64,000 nucleotides of DNA, taken from Candidatus Limnocylindrales bacterium. GTDB lineage: Bacteria > Moduliflexota > Moduliflexia > Moduliflexales > JAUQPW01. The notes beneath the pieces are model-generated. The model was not told the origin of the DNA and did no database searches. It saw only the letters and a list, made by a program, of their open reading frames with translations. Where the stretch lies: positions 124,001 through 188,000 of the forward strand of contig DATMBG010000012.1 in assembly GCA_035559535.1 (NCBI GenBank). Reading direction: 5' to 3'. Of this stretch, positions 50,384 to 59,929 are shown in pieces. The position numbers and the translations under genes are program-made. How positions within the stretch are numbered: position 1 is the stretch's first letter; every line of letters begins with the position of its first letter.

Positions 50384-51964
50384 TTAAAACAAATATCCCA
50401 AACCGGCTAAAACTTTCTTGATTCCACTTACCGGTTTTACAATAAATAGATTATATTTGTTTGGCTGGAAGTACCGACGAGCGACTCGTTGAACATCTTC
50501 TTGAGAGATACTATGAATTTTCTCCAGATACTCTTCCATGCTTTCTGCATGATGGATCGTTTCGAACCATCCGTAAAAATCCGCCTGGCTAAGATTATCC
50601 TCCCGTTCAATGAGAAAATTACCGGCCAGGGTTTGCCTGGCAGTTTCCAGTTCTTTATCAGATAAGGGCCTATTTTTAAGAGTTTCAAACTCTTGGAAGA
50701 TAAGCTCTTTGACCCGTTCGATGTATTTGGGAGAAGTTCCTACATAAATTCCCCAGGCCCCAATATCCGATAAAGGTAAGTAAATCGAATCGATTTCGTC
50801 GGATAAACCCTCCTGTTCTTTGATACGCTGATAGATCCGGGAGTTTTTTCCCGACCCCAGGATAACATTGATCAGATCCATGACGTAACGATCTGGATCC
50901 TTTACTCCCAGGGTAGGAATTCCGATGGCTACATAAGCCTGAAACAAAAGCCGCTCGATGGTTACACTACGAAAAGCCTGCTGGGGTGGAGGAGGTTGGA
51001 GTTGGATTTTTGCACCAGGGTCTGAACGCAAAGTGGAAAACTTCCGGCTGACAAGTTGAATAATCTGTTCGGGATGAAGATCTCCCACAATAACCAGGAT
51101 GAGGTTAGGGGCCGTATAATGAGCCTGATAAAAGTTGACCAGTTGAGAGTGGGTTATTTTCTTAACTATTTTTTCGGTACCTATTACGGGTCTTCCTAAA
51201 GGATGTCCAGGAAAAAGGGTTCGGGTCACGATATTTAAGGCAAACAATCGAGGATCATCCTGGAATCGCTTAATTTCCTCGAGAATGACCTTCCTTTCAG
51301 TGGCGACATCTTCCGGTCGAAGGAGGGGATTCATCACCATTTCTCCTATTATCTCAATGGCTGTATCCACATGATCGGCTGGAACAATCGTATAATATTT
51401 AGTATATTCCCAGAAGGTCTCTCCATTCAGGTAACCTCCTACCCTTCGTATTTTTCTACGAATTTCTTCCCCTGTATACTTCGACGAACCCTTAAATAAC
51501 ATATGTTCCAGGAAATGAGAAATACCGTTCAAAGATTCCGTCTCATATCGAGAACCTACCCGAATCCAGGCTTCAACGGCTACAGTTCCAGTTCCCGAAC
51601 GCTTCTGGGTTATCAGGGTAAAGCCATTGGAGAATATTGTTTTTTGTAAGGTAGGAGAAAGCGAAATGTCCTTTACGGGGATTAGCCCCTCTGTCCCCTT
51701 CCCTTCAAGGGAAGGGGAAGGAAAGGTCCCTGGCCGGTCATCCTTTTCGCTATACCTATGGGGAGAGTCCGGGGAAAGATTTCTTTCGGACAGAGAACCT
51801 GGGAGGGGGCAGCTACAGGTAACGACCACAGAGAGAAAAAGGAAGATGGAAAACCCAAGCTTGAACTTTCGGGTTGTTGGGGAGCGAAACAGGTAGTTTA
51901 GGAGTGTGTTCGCCACTGTCTGTAAAGAAGGGGATGCGCAAACTGTTCGTATCTGGCTGCCCAT
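50384..51964 (-). CDS. M16 (pitrilysin) zinc peptidase, catalytic subunit
   Basis: GSRYE..GISHFLEHMLFKGS, ERKVILEE; N-terminal hydrophobic segment; start uncertain (GTG at 51916 plausible). Confidence 0.9.
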   Translation of the reverse strand: MGSQIRTVCASPSLQTVANTLLNYLFRSPTTRKFKLGFSIFLFLSVVVTCSCPLPGSLSERNLSPDSPHRYSEKDDRPGTFPSPSLEGKGTEGLIPVKDISLSPTLQKTIFSNGFTLITQKRSGTGTVAVEAWIRVGSRYETESLNGISHFLEHMLFKGSSKYTGEEIRRKIRRVGGYLNGETFWEYTKYYTIVPADHVDTAIEIIGEMVMNPLLRPEDVATERKVILEEIKRFQDDPRLFALNIVTRTLFPGHPLGRPVIGTEKIVKKITHSQLVNFYQAHYTAPNLILVIVGDLHPEQIIQLVSRKFSTLRSDPGAKIQLQPPPPQQAFRSVTIERLLFQAYVAIGIPTLGVKDPDRYVMDLINVILGSGKNSRIYQRIKEQEGLSDEIDSIYLPLSDIGAWGIYVGTSPKYIERVKELIFQEFETLKNRPLSDKELETARQTLAGNFLIEREDNLSQADFYGWFETIHHAESMEEYLEKIHSISQEDVQRVARRYFQPNKYNLFIVKPVSGIKKVLAGLGYLF

Positions 51965-52059
51965 ACTTTGGCAGTAGCTCGATTAACACCTATCTTTACG
52001 AGGAAGCAGTGTACATGTAGCGCATTTAGACGATGTTGTAACCTTTGCACTATTTTCAT
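51898..52059 (-). CDS. Small basic hypothetical protein (53 aa)
   Basis: GAGGAG RBS before ATG 52059; overlaps the M16 gene start; QHRLNALHVHC motif. Confidence 0.65.
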   Translation of the reverse strand: MKIVQRLQHRLNALHVHCFLVKIGVNRATAKVWAARYEQFAHPLLYRQWRTHS

Positions 52060-52084
52060 ATCGTTCTCCTCCTCAGTAATAATA

Positions 52085-52100
52085 TGCAAACTTCATACCG
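52085..52100 (-). promoter_or_regulatory. Sigma54 (-24/-12) promoter candidate
   Basis: Minus strand CGGTATGAAGTTTGCA = GG-N10-GC with TTGCA -12 box, ~26 nt upstream of ATG 52059. Confidence 0.55.
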
Positions 52101-52162
52101 CTTTACGCAACCCCTCGGAAGGTTGTTCCTTCAGTTAGGGATATTATTAATCCACCTATCAA

Positions 52163-52262
52163 AGTCTGGGAGTATGGGGGTATGGGAGTGTGAAAGTATT
52201 TGCACTTATACTTCCCTACTTCCCTACCCCCACACTCCCATACCCCCATACTCCCAGACTTC
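52163..52262. repeat. Short 8-nt tandem repeats in inverted arrangement (STRR-like)
   Basis: GGGAGTAT/GGGGGTAT units facing ATACTCCC/ATACCCCC units. Confidence 0.75.
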
Positions 52263-52323
52263 TCTACTCTCCAGAAAAACTACGCATACAGTTCACTTTA
52301 AAAAAGCGAGAATCGTCTGAAAA

Positions 52324-54723
52324 TTAGATCATTTTTAGAGCTATCAGATAGAGCAAAAGGGCCAATCCGATAACCACATGAAAGCCCCAGGAAATCGCCA
52401 AAGTGGTGGCCAGGATTGAACTGATGACCGAGGCGTATCCGTTAATTCCCCAGGCCCATGGGATCAACTCCGGAGCTTTAAGAGATACCTTGCTAAGGCC
52501 TATTGGAAAAGGCATTCCCATAAAGAAAGCCAGAGGTGCGACCAGCAAGATCGTTATGGCAATTCTAACTCCACTACCATACGCCATAAAATACTGGAAA
52601 ATGAATTTTAAAGTCAAAAAATATACCAACGAAATTCCAACCATGGCCAAAATAGGAAGGGAGGGTCTGGAGAACTTCTTCGAATAAAAACTTCCCAGGC
52701 CTGAAAAGAATAAGAAAGAGAAGATGATGACAGAAATTGCATAAATAGGATTCGCCAAAAACAGAATAAACTTTTGAATATAAACCATTTCCAGAAATAG
52801 AAATCCAAGTCCCAAACAACCGAAGTAAATGAATACTCTCAACTTATAGATCCCCCATGTGGAACTTGTGGGTAGCCGGAGTAAGGGAAGGATGATCAGA
52901 ATGAGACTTACCGGGATACTCTGGATTAAAGCTGCAATGAGGATGATATAGCCCCATTCTATAAAGGGTATCCACTCCCTGCCCATGGAGGCTATTAAGG
53001 TAGGCAAAGCCTTCCATTTAAAGAAATGGAAAAAATAGGGTTGATTGTCGGTTGCAGGCTTTATGTTAAAAAGATAATCCTGATAAAACTTCTGCCGATC
53101 TCCAAACAGAATTTTTTGAACCCCATGATAGTGATGGGGCGAAGGAAGCTGGTTGTATTTGTTATCATCCGCCTCGGTGATACCGGGAAAATAAACCGTA
53201 TCGAAAAGCCGGGTTCGACAGAATTCTTTGACCCTGGCTATTTCTTCCCCGGAGAAAGGCAACAGGCTGACCAGAAGGGTGGCCGTAGCCCAGCTTCGGA
53301 TTAAAATGAGATGTCTGGGGATTTCCGGAGTCCCTATCTCCTCTAAAGCCTGTACGGCGGTGGCAAAGACTTTTAGATTATCCCTGGGAGGGAGTTTAAT
53401 CCAGCGGGTTATAGACAAAATTCCGTTGGGAGTGAGTCGTTCTAGATATTTTTTAAAGGCTTCAACCGTATAAATATAGCTTTCATTCAGTGCATAAACG
53501 CCGGCCGATGAGGCACTAAAAGCATCCAGGAGGGTTACTTGAATAAGATCGTAGGCGTCCGAGGTCGACTCCACATAACTACGGGCTTCAGCTATTTTTA
53601 CCTGAACCTGGGGTAAGGTATAGATCCCTCGGGTAAAATCTTTAAAGGGTCCATTTACCAGATCCACAATCTGTCGGTTAAGTTCAACGGCATGGATTTG
53701 CCCGGATTGGTGGTAAAGGGCTGTTAGAACATCGGTTCCTCCGCCCGCTCCCAGTATCAAAACTTTATCGGGAGAACGAACATGATAAGCCAGGGCAGAA
53801 GAAATATAATCCAGATATTGCAGGTCGGAGAGATCTTCCTTAAAGTGTGTCATAGCTCCTGCTTCAGAGGCATCTATGTAAAGTCCCAATTGGGGCGGAG
53901 GAGCCTGGGTATATTTAAGACTGAGTCCTGGAGCATAGCGAATGGCAGGACTTTTGACCACATCTATTAAACCCAAAGGCCCATGGGTCTCTTGAACGAT
54001 TTCGGCGTGGGGAAGATTCAGGGCTATACTAAGACCTTTATACTGGGAAATACGTAATCGAAGTGGAACGGTATATAAAAGGCCAGTGGTTCCCAGGAGA
54101 AGTAAAACAATCAGAACAGGGAGGAGGGAGGTGTGCAGCCATGGGAGCGTTATTTCCCTTTCTTTTTTCCCTTCTCCTTTTAGAGGAAAGGAAAAAGCTG
54201 CAGCCAGAAGCGCTGACCCGGAGATCACGTAAAGAATACGGAGGGGATGCAAAAGATAGAGGAGCCAGACCGAGGTAAAAGCGCCTGCTCCAGAACCCAA
54301 CAGATTATAAAAGTAAATCTGACTGATCTTTCCAGGATATTTAGAAAAAGCCAGTCCGATGCAGGTAGCTCCAAAGAAGAAGGGAATAAACAGGATCAGG
54401 TAGTACGCCAGCAGGTAGAGATACTGCCTTTTATCCCAAACGATAAGGAAGGGATCGAAAGGAATTTTCTGACTCATCCAGAAACCCAAGGGCAGGGAAA
54501 GGGAAAAGAGGTAAGCAAAGACAAAGTAATAGATGGAAAAAGCCTTCTTCAACCGATTTTGAAAGAGGGAGATAAAACTTCCGCTGGCCCCAAATCCAAG
54601 CAGGGCAATACTCATCACCAGGTAAGCAAAATGATGCCATTGGGTAATGGAGAAAATCCGCATGAAAATTATTTCATATGTTAAAATGGAGAGGGAAATA
54701 AGGAAGATAGTGGGGTACAACAT
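52324..54723 (-). CDS. Membrane protein with spermidine-synthase-like SAM-binding domain
   Basis: N- and C-terminal TM bundles; VLILGAGGGTD, AVELN, EARSY, YTVEAF, ATDNQPYFF, WAWGING. Confidence 0.88.
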   Translation of the reverse strand: MLYPTIFLISLSILTYEIIFMRIFSITQWHHFAYLVMSIALLGFGASGSFISLFQNRLKKAFSIYYFVFAYLFSLSLPLGFWMSQKIPFDPFLIVWDKRQYLYLLAYYLILFIPFFFGATCIGLAFSKYPGKISQIYFYNLLGSGAGAFTSVWLLYLLHPLRILYVISGSALLAAAFSFPLKGEGKKEREITLPWLHTSLLPVLIVLLLLGTTGLLYTVPLRLRISQYKGLSIALNLPHAEIVQETHGPLGLIDVVKSPAIRYAPGLSLKYTQAPPPQLGLYIDASEAGAMTHFKEDLSDLQYLDYISSALAYHVRSPDKVLILGAGGGTDVLTALYHQSGQIHAVELNRQIVDLVNGPFKDFTRGIYTLPQVQVKIAEARSYVESTSDAYDLIQVTLLDAFSASSAGVYALNESYIYTVEAFKKYLERLTPNGILSITRWIKLPPRDNLKVFATAVQALEEIGTPEIPRHLILIRSWATATLLVSLLPFSGEEIARVKEFCRTRLFDTVYFPGITEADDNKYNQLPSPHHYHGVQKILFGDRQKFYQDYLFNIKPATDNQPYFFHFFKWKALPTLIASMGREWIPFIEWGYIILIAALIQSIPVSLILIILPLLRLPTSSTWGIYKLRVFIYFGCLGLGFLFLEMVYIQKFILFLANPIYAISVIIFSFLFFSGLGSFYSKKFSRPSLPILAMVGISLVYFLTLKFIFQYFMAYGSGVRIAITILLVAPLAFFMGMPFPIGLSKVSLKAPELIPWAWGINGYASVISSILATTLAISWGFHVVIGLALLLYLIALKMI

Positions 54724-54776
54724 AATTTGGATATCCTATTTGTGATTTAGATGGCCTTAATCCTTCTCTATCCCGC

Positions 54777-55544
54777 CTAATGCGGTCCTAATAGAGGTAC
54801 AAACATGACCGGTAGAATATTTTTAACGGTAATCTCTCCATTCTCCAATTTTCGCACCAGCATTAAGTTTTGGGTTTGAAAAGGGTTTCCCACTGGAATA
54901 ACCATCCGACCACCGGGTTTGAGTTGCTGGATTAGAGGAGGAGGAATATGATTAACGGCTGCTGTAACTACGATCGCGTCGAAGGGGGCATGTTCTTCCC
55001 AACCGTAGTAACCATCCCCTATTTTAACTTCCACCTGGTTATAACCCAGTCTTTTCAAGCGATCTCGAGCTTTTTCCCCGAGTTCCTGAAAGATCTCGAT
55101 GGTGTAGACTTGCGTATCAAGTTCTGCCAGAACGGCGGCTTGATAGCCAGAGCCGGTTCCGACTTCCAAAACAACATCCCCGGGTTTTACTTCCAGAAGC
55201 TGGGTCATTAGGCCTACAATATAGGGTTGAGAGATCGTTTGTCCCTGCCCAATAGGTAAGGGTCGGTCTTCGTAAGCTTCCTCCCAAAGATCCCGGGACA
55301 CAAACAGGTGACGGGGAACTTTGCGCAGAGCCTTTAGAACCTCTTCATTCCGTATACCCCGCTCGAATAGCTGTTCCCGAACCATCTTTTCCCTCCTTGT
55401 TTGGAACTCTTCATTTTCTTGTTCCTGATAGGGTTCTGAGCCATCTGGGGATGGCTCTGAAAGAAAAGCGTTTGCAGGAGGTTCTTCGACATGCTGGACG
55501 GCCAGGAACAAAACAAGATTGAAGATCGTTAAAAATCTTTTCAT
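54777..55544 (-). CDS. pcm: Protein-L-isoaspartate O-methyltransferase
   Basis: VPRHLFV, GQTISQPY, LEVGTGSGYQAA, GDGYYGWEEHAPFD, FVPL. Confidence 0.95.
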   Translation of the reverse strand: MKRFLTIFNLVLFLAVQHVEEPPANAFLSEPSPDGSEPYQEQENEEFQTRREKMVREQLFERGIRNEEVLKALRKVPRHLFVSRDLWEEAYEDRPLPIGQGQTISQPYIVGLMTQLLEVKPGDVVLEVGTGSGYQAAVLAELDTQVYTIEIFQELGEKARDRLKRLGYNQVEVKIGDGYYGWEEHAPFDAIVVTAAVNHIPPPLIQQLKPGGRMVIPVGNPFQTQNLMLVRKLENGEITVKNILPVMFVPLLGPH

Positions 55545-57104
55545 TTAAGGACTCCTCAGTGTTACCTCGGGAAGGTACCATCCCTCCCATTCACGCCGCC
55601 ACCAGGTACCTTCGGTGCGCCGGGTAATAAAATCGGTAAAGTGGTAGTTATAAAGTGCAGCCCGAACATACCGGGGTGGTGCGTCAGGGAAAGGATTTTT
55701 ATCTAAAAGCGCAAGCACTTCAGGAGAACCCCGTAGCAATTGCGCCATGAAATTCGTGAACCAGGGATTATGGGTATAGCTTCCCAATGCTGCAAACCAC
55801 ATCTGCCAATCCAGACGGGGCTGATGAGGTGCTACCCAAAGCGGCGCGCGCTTTACCTCTCCGGGCTTGTATTTAAATTCATAAGGAAACCATTTCTCTC
55901 CATCCTGACTTCCTTCCACGATAATCTCGGGCCGTGATGTGGTCATAACGGCAAACAATCCATAGGGATTTACCAGGCGGAGTGGGGCCACCTCCATAAG
56001 AATTTCTGCAACCGGTTCCGGTAAGTTTCCCCGGGGTAGAAACAGGCCTATCATTTGAAGTCCGCTTATGAAAAGAATCCCAATGGCAAGGATAACCCTC
56101 AGAAAGTCTTTGAAGGAAGATTTTTTCACCGTCCTGCCGGAAGGATCCGTCGTGTTGATGGTCGGAACAGATGGGACAGTTGATGGACCCATAACTCGCC
56201 TGGGAAGAAATCGACCTAAGAAGGTATCATCCACTAATAACAGGCATAGAGTCAGGGTGAGAAGATTAAAAAAAGCATAGTTTCCGGTCAACAGAATGCA
56301 TACCTGTAGAAAAGCCAGCAATCCGGCCCCTATAAGTCGTAATCGCCGGGATGCAAAGATTAAAAAAGGAACTATCAGCTCGATGATAAACATAACCATA
56401 ACTGAAATTTTTTGAAACCAGGCAGGTAACTGATGCATATACCAGGCAACAGGGGTAGGCAAGGGTTGAGTCTCGTAATGATATTGAAGGGCTGTCAGAT
56501 TACGCCAGGTCGGATCCCCACTGGCCAGCTTTACAACCCCAGAAGAAAACATCAGGCGAAACAAGAGCCATCTCAATAACCATAACACGATAAGAGGGGG
56601 AGGGGATTCACGGGAAAAGTCAGGTAAGATTTGAAGCGGTGCAAAAAAAATAGCCAGGAAACCGGTTTCCAGAAGTAAAATATCCCACTGAAAAGACAAA
56701 AAATCTTGACCAACAGTTACGAGCGATAGATAAAACATCCAACATAACACCAGCGCAGGAACTGTTAAAATTCCCATAACCACAAAGATCGAAAAAACGG
56801 CCCCTCCCAGACATAAAAATTTTAAAAAGGAATCACTTCCATTCAACCAGACCAGGGTCGGAAAAAACCAGTAGCCTGAGAGGCCGATCTGTTTCTTGAC
56901 CTCCTGTAAAAAGAGATAGGCCGGTAAAATTCCCTGGCTACCTATCAATCCGGTTACCTGCGTCCAAAGGGATATAAAGGCGATGAAGTAGATGATACCC
57001 AACAATCTTAAAAATAACCAGCGGGTAAATAGGTAAGAAGTAGGTTCTACAGGCTTTTTCCGGGGAGTTTTTTTTACCTTATGGAAAAGGCGTAAGAATA
57101 ACAT
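55545..57104 (-). CDS. Lipase maturation factor (LMF) family protein
   Basis: FQWDILLLETGF, GVVKLASGDPTWR, HYETQPLP, YGLFAVMT, PHQPRLDWQMWFAA. Confidence 0.93.
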   Translation of the reverse strand: MLFLRLFHKVKKTPRKKPVEPTSYLFTRWLFLRLLGIIYFIAFISLWTQVTGLIGSQGILPAYLFLQEVKKQIGLSGYWFFPTLVWLNGSDSFLKFLCLGGAVFSIFVVMGILTVPALVLCWMFYLSLVTVGQDFLSFQWDILLLETGFLAIFFAPLQILPDFSRESPPPLIVLWLLRWLLFRLMFSSGVVKLASGDPTWRNLTALQYHYETQPLPTPVAWYMHQLPAWFQKISVMVMFIIELIVPFLIFASRRLRLIGAGLLAFLQVCILLTGNYAFFNLLTLTLCLLLVDDTFLGRFLPRRVMGPSTVPSVPTINTTDPSGRTVKKSSFKDFLRVILAIGILFISGLQMIGLFLPRGNLPEPVAEILMEVAPLRLVNPYGLFAVMTTSRPEIIVEGSQDGEKWFPYEFKYKPGEVKRAPLWVAPHQPRLDWQMWFAALGSYTHNPWFTNFMAQLLRGSPEVLALLDKNPFPDAPPRYVRAALYNYHFTDFITRRTEGTWWRREWEGWYLPEVTLRSP

Positions 57105-57217
57105 AACCTAAATAAGGTTTTTTAAAAAACAACCTGAAAACAATCCAACGTGTCAAAGATTATGATTTTCATGGTAAACCCTAAAGGATAAATTAGTCAA
57201 ATGATATATTTTGGGAG

Positions 57218-57326
57218 GTATCCGTATCCATTTAGTAGGTGGAAAAAGAAACACCCCCCTGGAGGGGGGCCAGGGGAGGGTTCAGACAGAAAAAATGACA
57301 CCTACCAACTAAATTATTATAGTTAC
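57218..57326. mobile_element. MITE family A, copy 2 (internally deleted), followed by a degenerate copy at ~57337-57412
   Basis: GTATCCGTATCCATTTAGTAGG...ATAGTTAC ends; 10-bp direct repeat ATTTTGGGAG at 57208-57217 and 57327-57336. Confidence 0.8.
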
Positions 57327-57680
57327 ATTTTGGGAGGTCTCTGTATTTATGTAGGGGGTGGGAGAAGAAACATCCTCTGCCCCCCTTGAGGGGGGAAGGG
57401 AGGTGTTCAGATCGAGCATGAGGCTTTTCTCCTTCTTAGCTTGATGCATGTGGGATGGCTTCACAGAGTTTATCCGGAGATGATATCGAAGGGTTTACCA
57501 TGGCCCTCGGACGAAAATGTTAGCTTCTGAAATAATACTTTTTACTTTGACAACCTTCAGAGATATGATATATCAACTTCGGCACGGTTCAGAGAGCTTT
57601 ATATTATCCTAAAGGACATGTCATTGCGGAAAAGCTTCCATGAAGCAATAACACGATCCCTTCTGAAGATTTGAAACTAT

Positions 57681-59858
57681 ATGGTATTGGATATTGCCCA
57701 AAAAATTGCAACAGAACTTAATCTCAAATCGCACCAAGTTGAGAATGTAATCCAATTACTGGACGAGGAAAATACCATTCCTTTCATCGCCCGGTATCGG
57801 AAGGAAATGACCGGAGAGCTGGACGAAGTGCAATTGCGTCAGATTGACAAGCTCTTAAAATACCTTCGTCATCTTCAGGTCCGGAAGGAAGAAGTTATTC
57901 GCCTTATCCAGGAACAGGGAAAACTGACCCCGGAACTGAAAGAGGCAATTGAGAAAGCGGAGAAGCTTCAAGAAGTCGAAGATCTTTACCTGCCTTACAA
58001 GCCTAAACGGCGGACCCGGGCAACGATTGCTAAGGAGAAAGGGTTGGAACCGTTAGCTCAACTGATTTTACAGCAAGAATTAGAGACGGGGACTCCGGAA
58101 GTCGTTGCCGAGTCTTTTGTTAATCCCGAGAAAGGGGTTCCAGATTCCGAAGAGGCGCTCAAGGGTGCTATGGATATTGTAGCCGAGATTATTTCAGATG
58201 ATGCGGAAGTTCGAAAGCAGGTCCGGGCGATTACAAAAAGTAAGGGAGTTCTCAGATCGACCCGAAAGGAAAAGGTCGAACCAGAAGATTCAGTAGAAGC
58301 AGATGTTTATCAACTGTACTTTGATTATCAAGAACCTGTTAAGACGATCCCACCCCATCGCCTTCTGGCCATTAATCGAGGAGAAAAGCGTGGGGTTCTC
58401 CGGGTAACTCTTCAAGTACCGGTTGAAGACGTTCTTCAAGCTATAGAGGCCTTGTATGTAAAAAATCGCAAAAGTATTTTTACCCCTTACCTTTTAAACG
58501 CCATTCAGGATAGCTACAAACGACTGATTGCCGGTTCCATAGAGACCGACATTCGAGCTGAAGCTACCCTGATGGCCGAAGAGCATGCCCTTAAAATTTT
58601 TTCTTCCAACTTAAAAAACCTGCTTCTTCAACCGCCGGTTCGGGATAAAGTGGTTTTGGGGATCGATCCAGGGTATCGCACAGGTTGCAAAGTGGCCGTA
58701 GTCGATGAAACTGGAAAACTTCTTGCTACCGCCACTATTTATCCCCATCCCCCCCAATCAAAGGTCGAAGAAGCCAGGAAGACTTTGGAAGCTTTGATTG
58801 AACACCATAAGGTGGATATCATTGCCATTGGGAATGGTACGGCTAGTCGGGAGACCGAGGTTTTTGTTGCCGGCCTTATCAAAAGTCTTCAACGTCCGGT
58901 TAAGTATATCATTGTGGATGAAGCGGGAGCCTCTGTGTATTCAGCCTCGGAAGTCGCTGCAGAGGAATTTCCGGATTTAGATGTAAGTTTACGGGGTACC
59001 GTCTCTATTTGTCGGCGGTTACAAGATCCTCTGGCGGAGTTAGTTAAAATTGATCCCAAATCTATCGGAGTGGGCCAGTATCAACACGATGTGGATCAAC
59101 GGCTTCTTTCCGAGGCTCTGGACGCCGTTGTAGAGTCTTGTGTGAATTATGTGGGAGTGGATGTCAATACGGCTTCTGTTTCTCTCCTGAAGTATGTTTC
59201 AGGTATCACCGCTGCCGTTGCTAAGAATATCGTGCAGTATCGAAATACCCATGGAAAATTTACTTCCCGGGAGGAACTGAAACAGGTCCCTCGTTTGGGA
59301 GAGCAAACCTTTGTTCAGGCCGCCGGATTTTTACGTATTGCCGGTGGAACCAATCCTCTAGATAATACTCCCATCCACCCGGAGTCTTATGAAGCCGCCC
59401 GGGGGCTTTTAAAACACCTGGGTTTGAAACTGGAAGATCTTAATAATAAGGCCCATCTCATTGCTTTGGCCACCAACCGAAGAGGTTTGGATTTAGTCAA
59501 GATTGCCCATCAACTCCATGTCGGACTTCCTACCCTGAAGGATATCCTGACTGCTCTGGAAAGACCCGGACGCGATCCTCGAAGCGATCTGCCTTTGCCC
59601 GTATTCCGGAGCGATGTCATGGAGATAAGCCAGTTGAAAGTGGGTATGGTGTTAAAAGGAATCGTAAGGAATGTGGTGGATTTTGGGGTTTTTGTCGACA
59701 TTGGAGTCAAGCAAGATGGACTCATTCATATTTCGGAACTATCCCACAAATATATCAAACATCCCATGGATGTAGTCTCTGTAGGGCAGGTGGTCGATGT
59801 AAAGGTGATTAACATCGATGAGCGGCGAGGTCGGATTGGCTTAAGTATGAAATTTTGA
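57681..59858 (+). CDS. tex: Tex transcription accessory protein (S1 domain)
   Basis: TIPFIARYRKEMTG, GIDPGYRTGCK, EAGASVYSAS, IGVGQYQHD, C-terminal S1 domain. Confidence 0.97.
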   Translation: MVLDIAQKIATELNLKSHQVENVIQLLDEENTIPFIARYRKEMTGELDEVQLRQIDKLLKYLRHLQVRKEEVIRLIQEQGKLTPELKEAIEKAEKLQEVEDLYLPYKPKRRTRATIAKEKGLEPLAQLILQQELETGTPEVVAESFVNPEKGVPDSEEALKGAMDIVAEIISDDAEVRKQVRAITKSKGVLRSTRKEKVEPEDSVEADVYQLYFDYQEPVKTIPPHRLLAINRGEKRGVLRVTLQVPVEDVLQAIEALYVKNRKSIFTPYLLNAIQDSYKRLIAGSIETDIRAEATLMAEEHALKIFSSNLKNLLLQPPVRDKVVLGIDPGYRTGCKVAVVDETGKLLATATIYPHPPQSKVEEARKTLEALIEHHKVDIIAIGNGTASRETEVFVAGLIKSLQRPVKYIIVDEAGASVYSASEVAAEEFPDLDVSLRGTVSICRRLQDPLAELVKIDPKSIGVGQYQHDVDQRLLSEALDAVVESCVNYVGVDVNTASVSLLKYVSGITAAVAKNIVQYRNTHGKFTSREELKQVPRLGEQTFVQAAGFLRIAGGTNPLDNTPIHPESYEAARGLLKHLGLKLEDLNNKAHLIALATNRRGLDLVKIAHQLHVGLPTLKDILTALERPGRDPRSDLPLPVFRSDVMEISQLKVGMVLKGIVRNVVDFGVFVDIGVKQDGLIHISELSHKYIKHPMDVVSVGQVVDVKVINIDERRGRIGLSMKF

Positions 59859-59929
59859 TACGTACAGGGTAGAGAAGGATGGAGGGAAGGGGATCATACT
59901 TCTTCCCCCATTTTCCTGTATCCCTTTTC

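Noticed and set aside
51898-55544. Pcm acting as a RiPP aspartimide-forming enzyme on the 53-aa peptide
   Set aside because: The peptide has no Asp, Pcm looks canonical, and no lasso, lanthipeptide or graspetide enzymes are nearby
2441-57455. CRISPR array or integron attC array
   Set aside because: Repeats are dispersed and palindromic, with no regular repeat-spacer period and no cas or integrase gene
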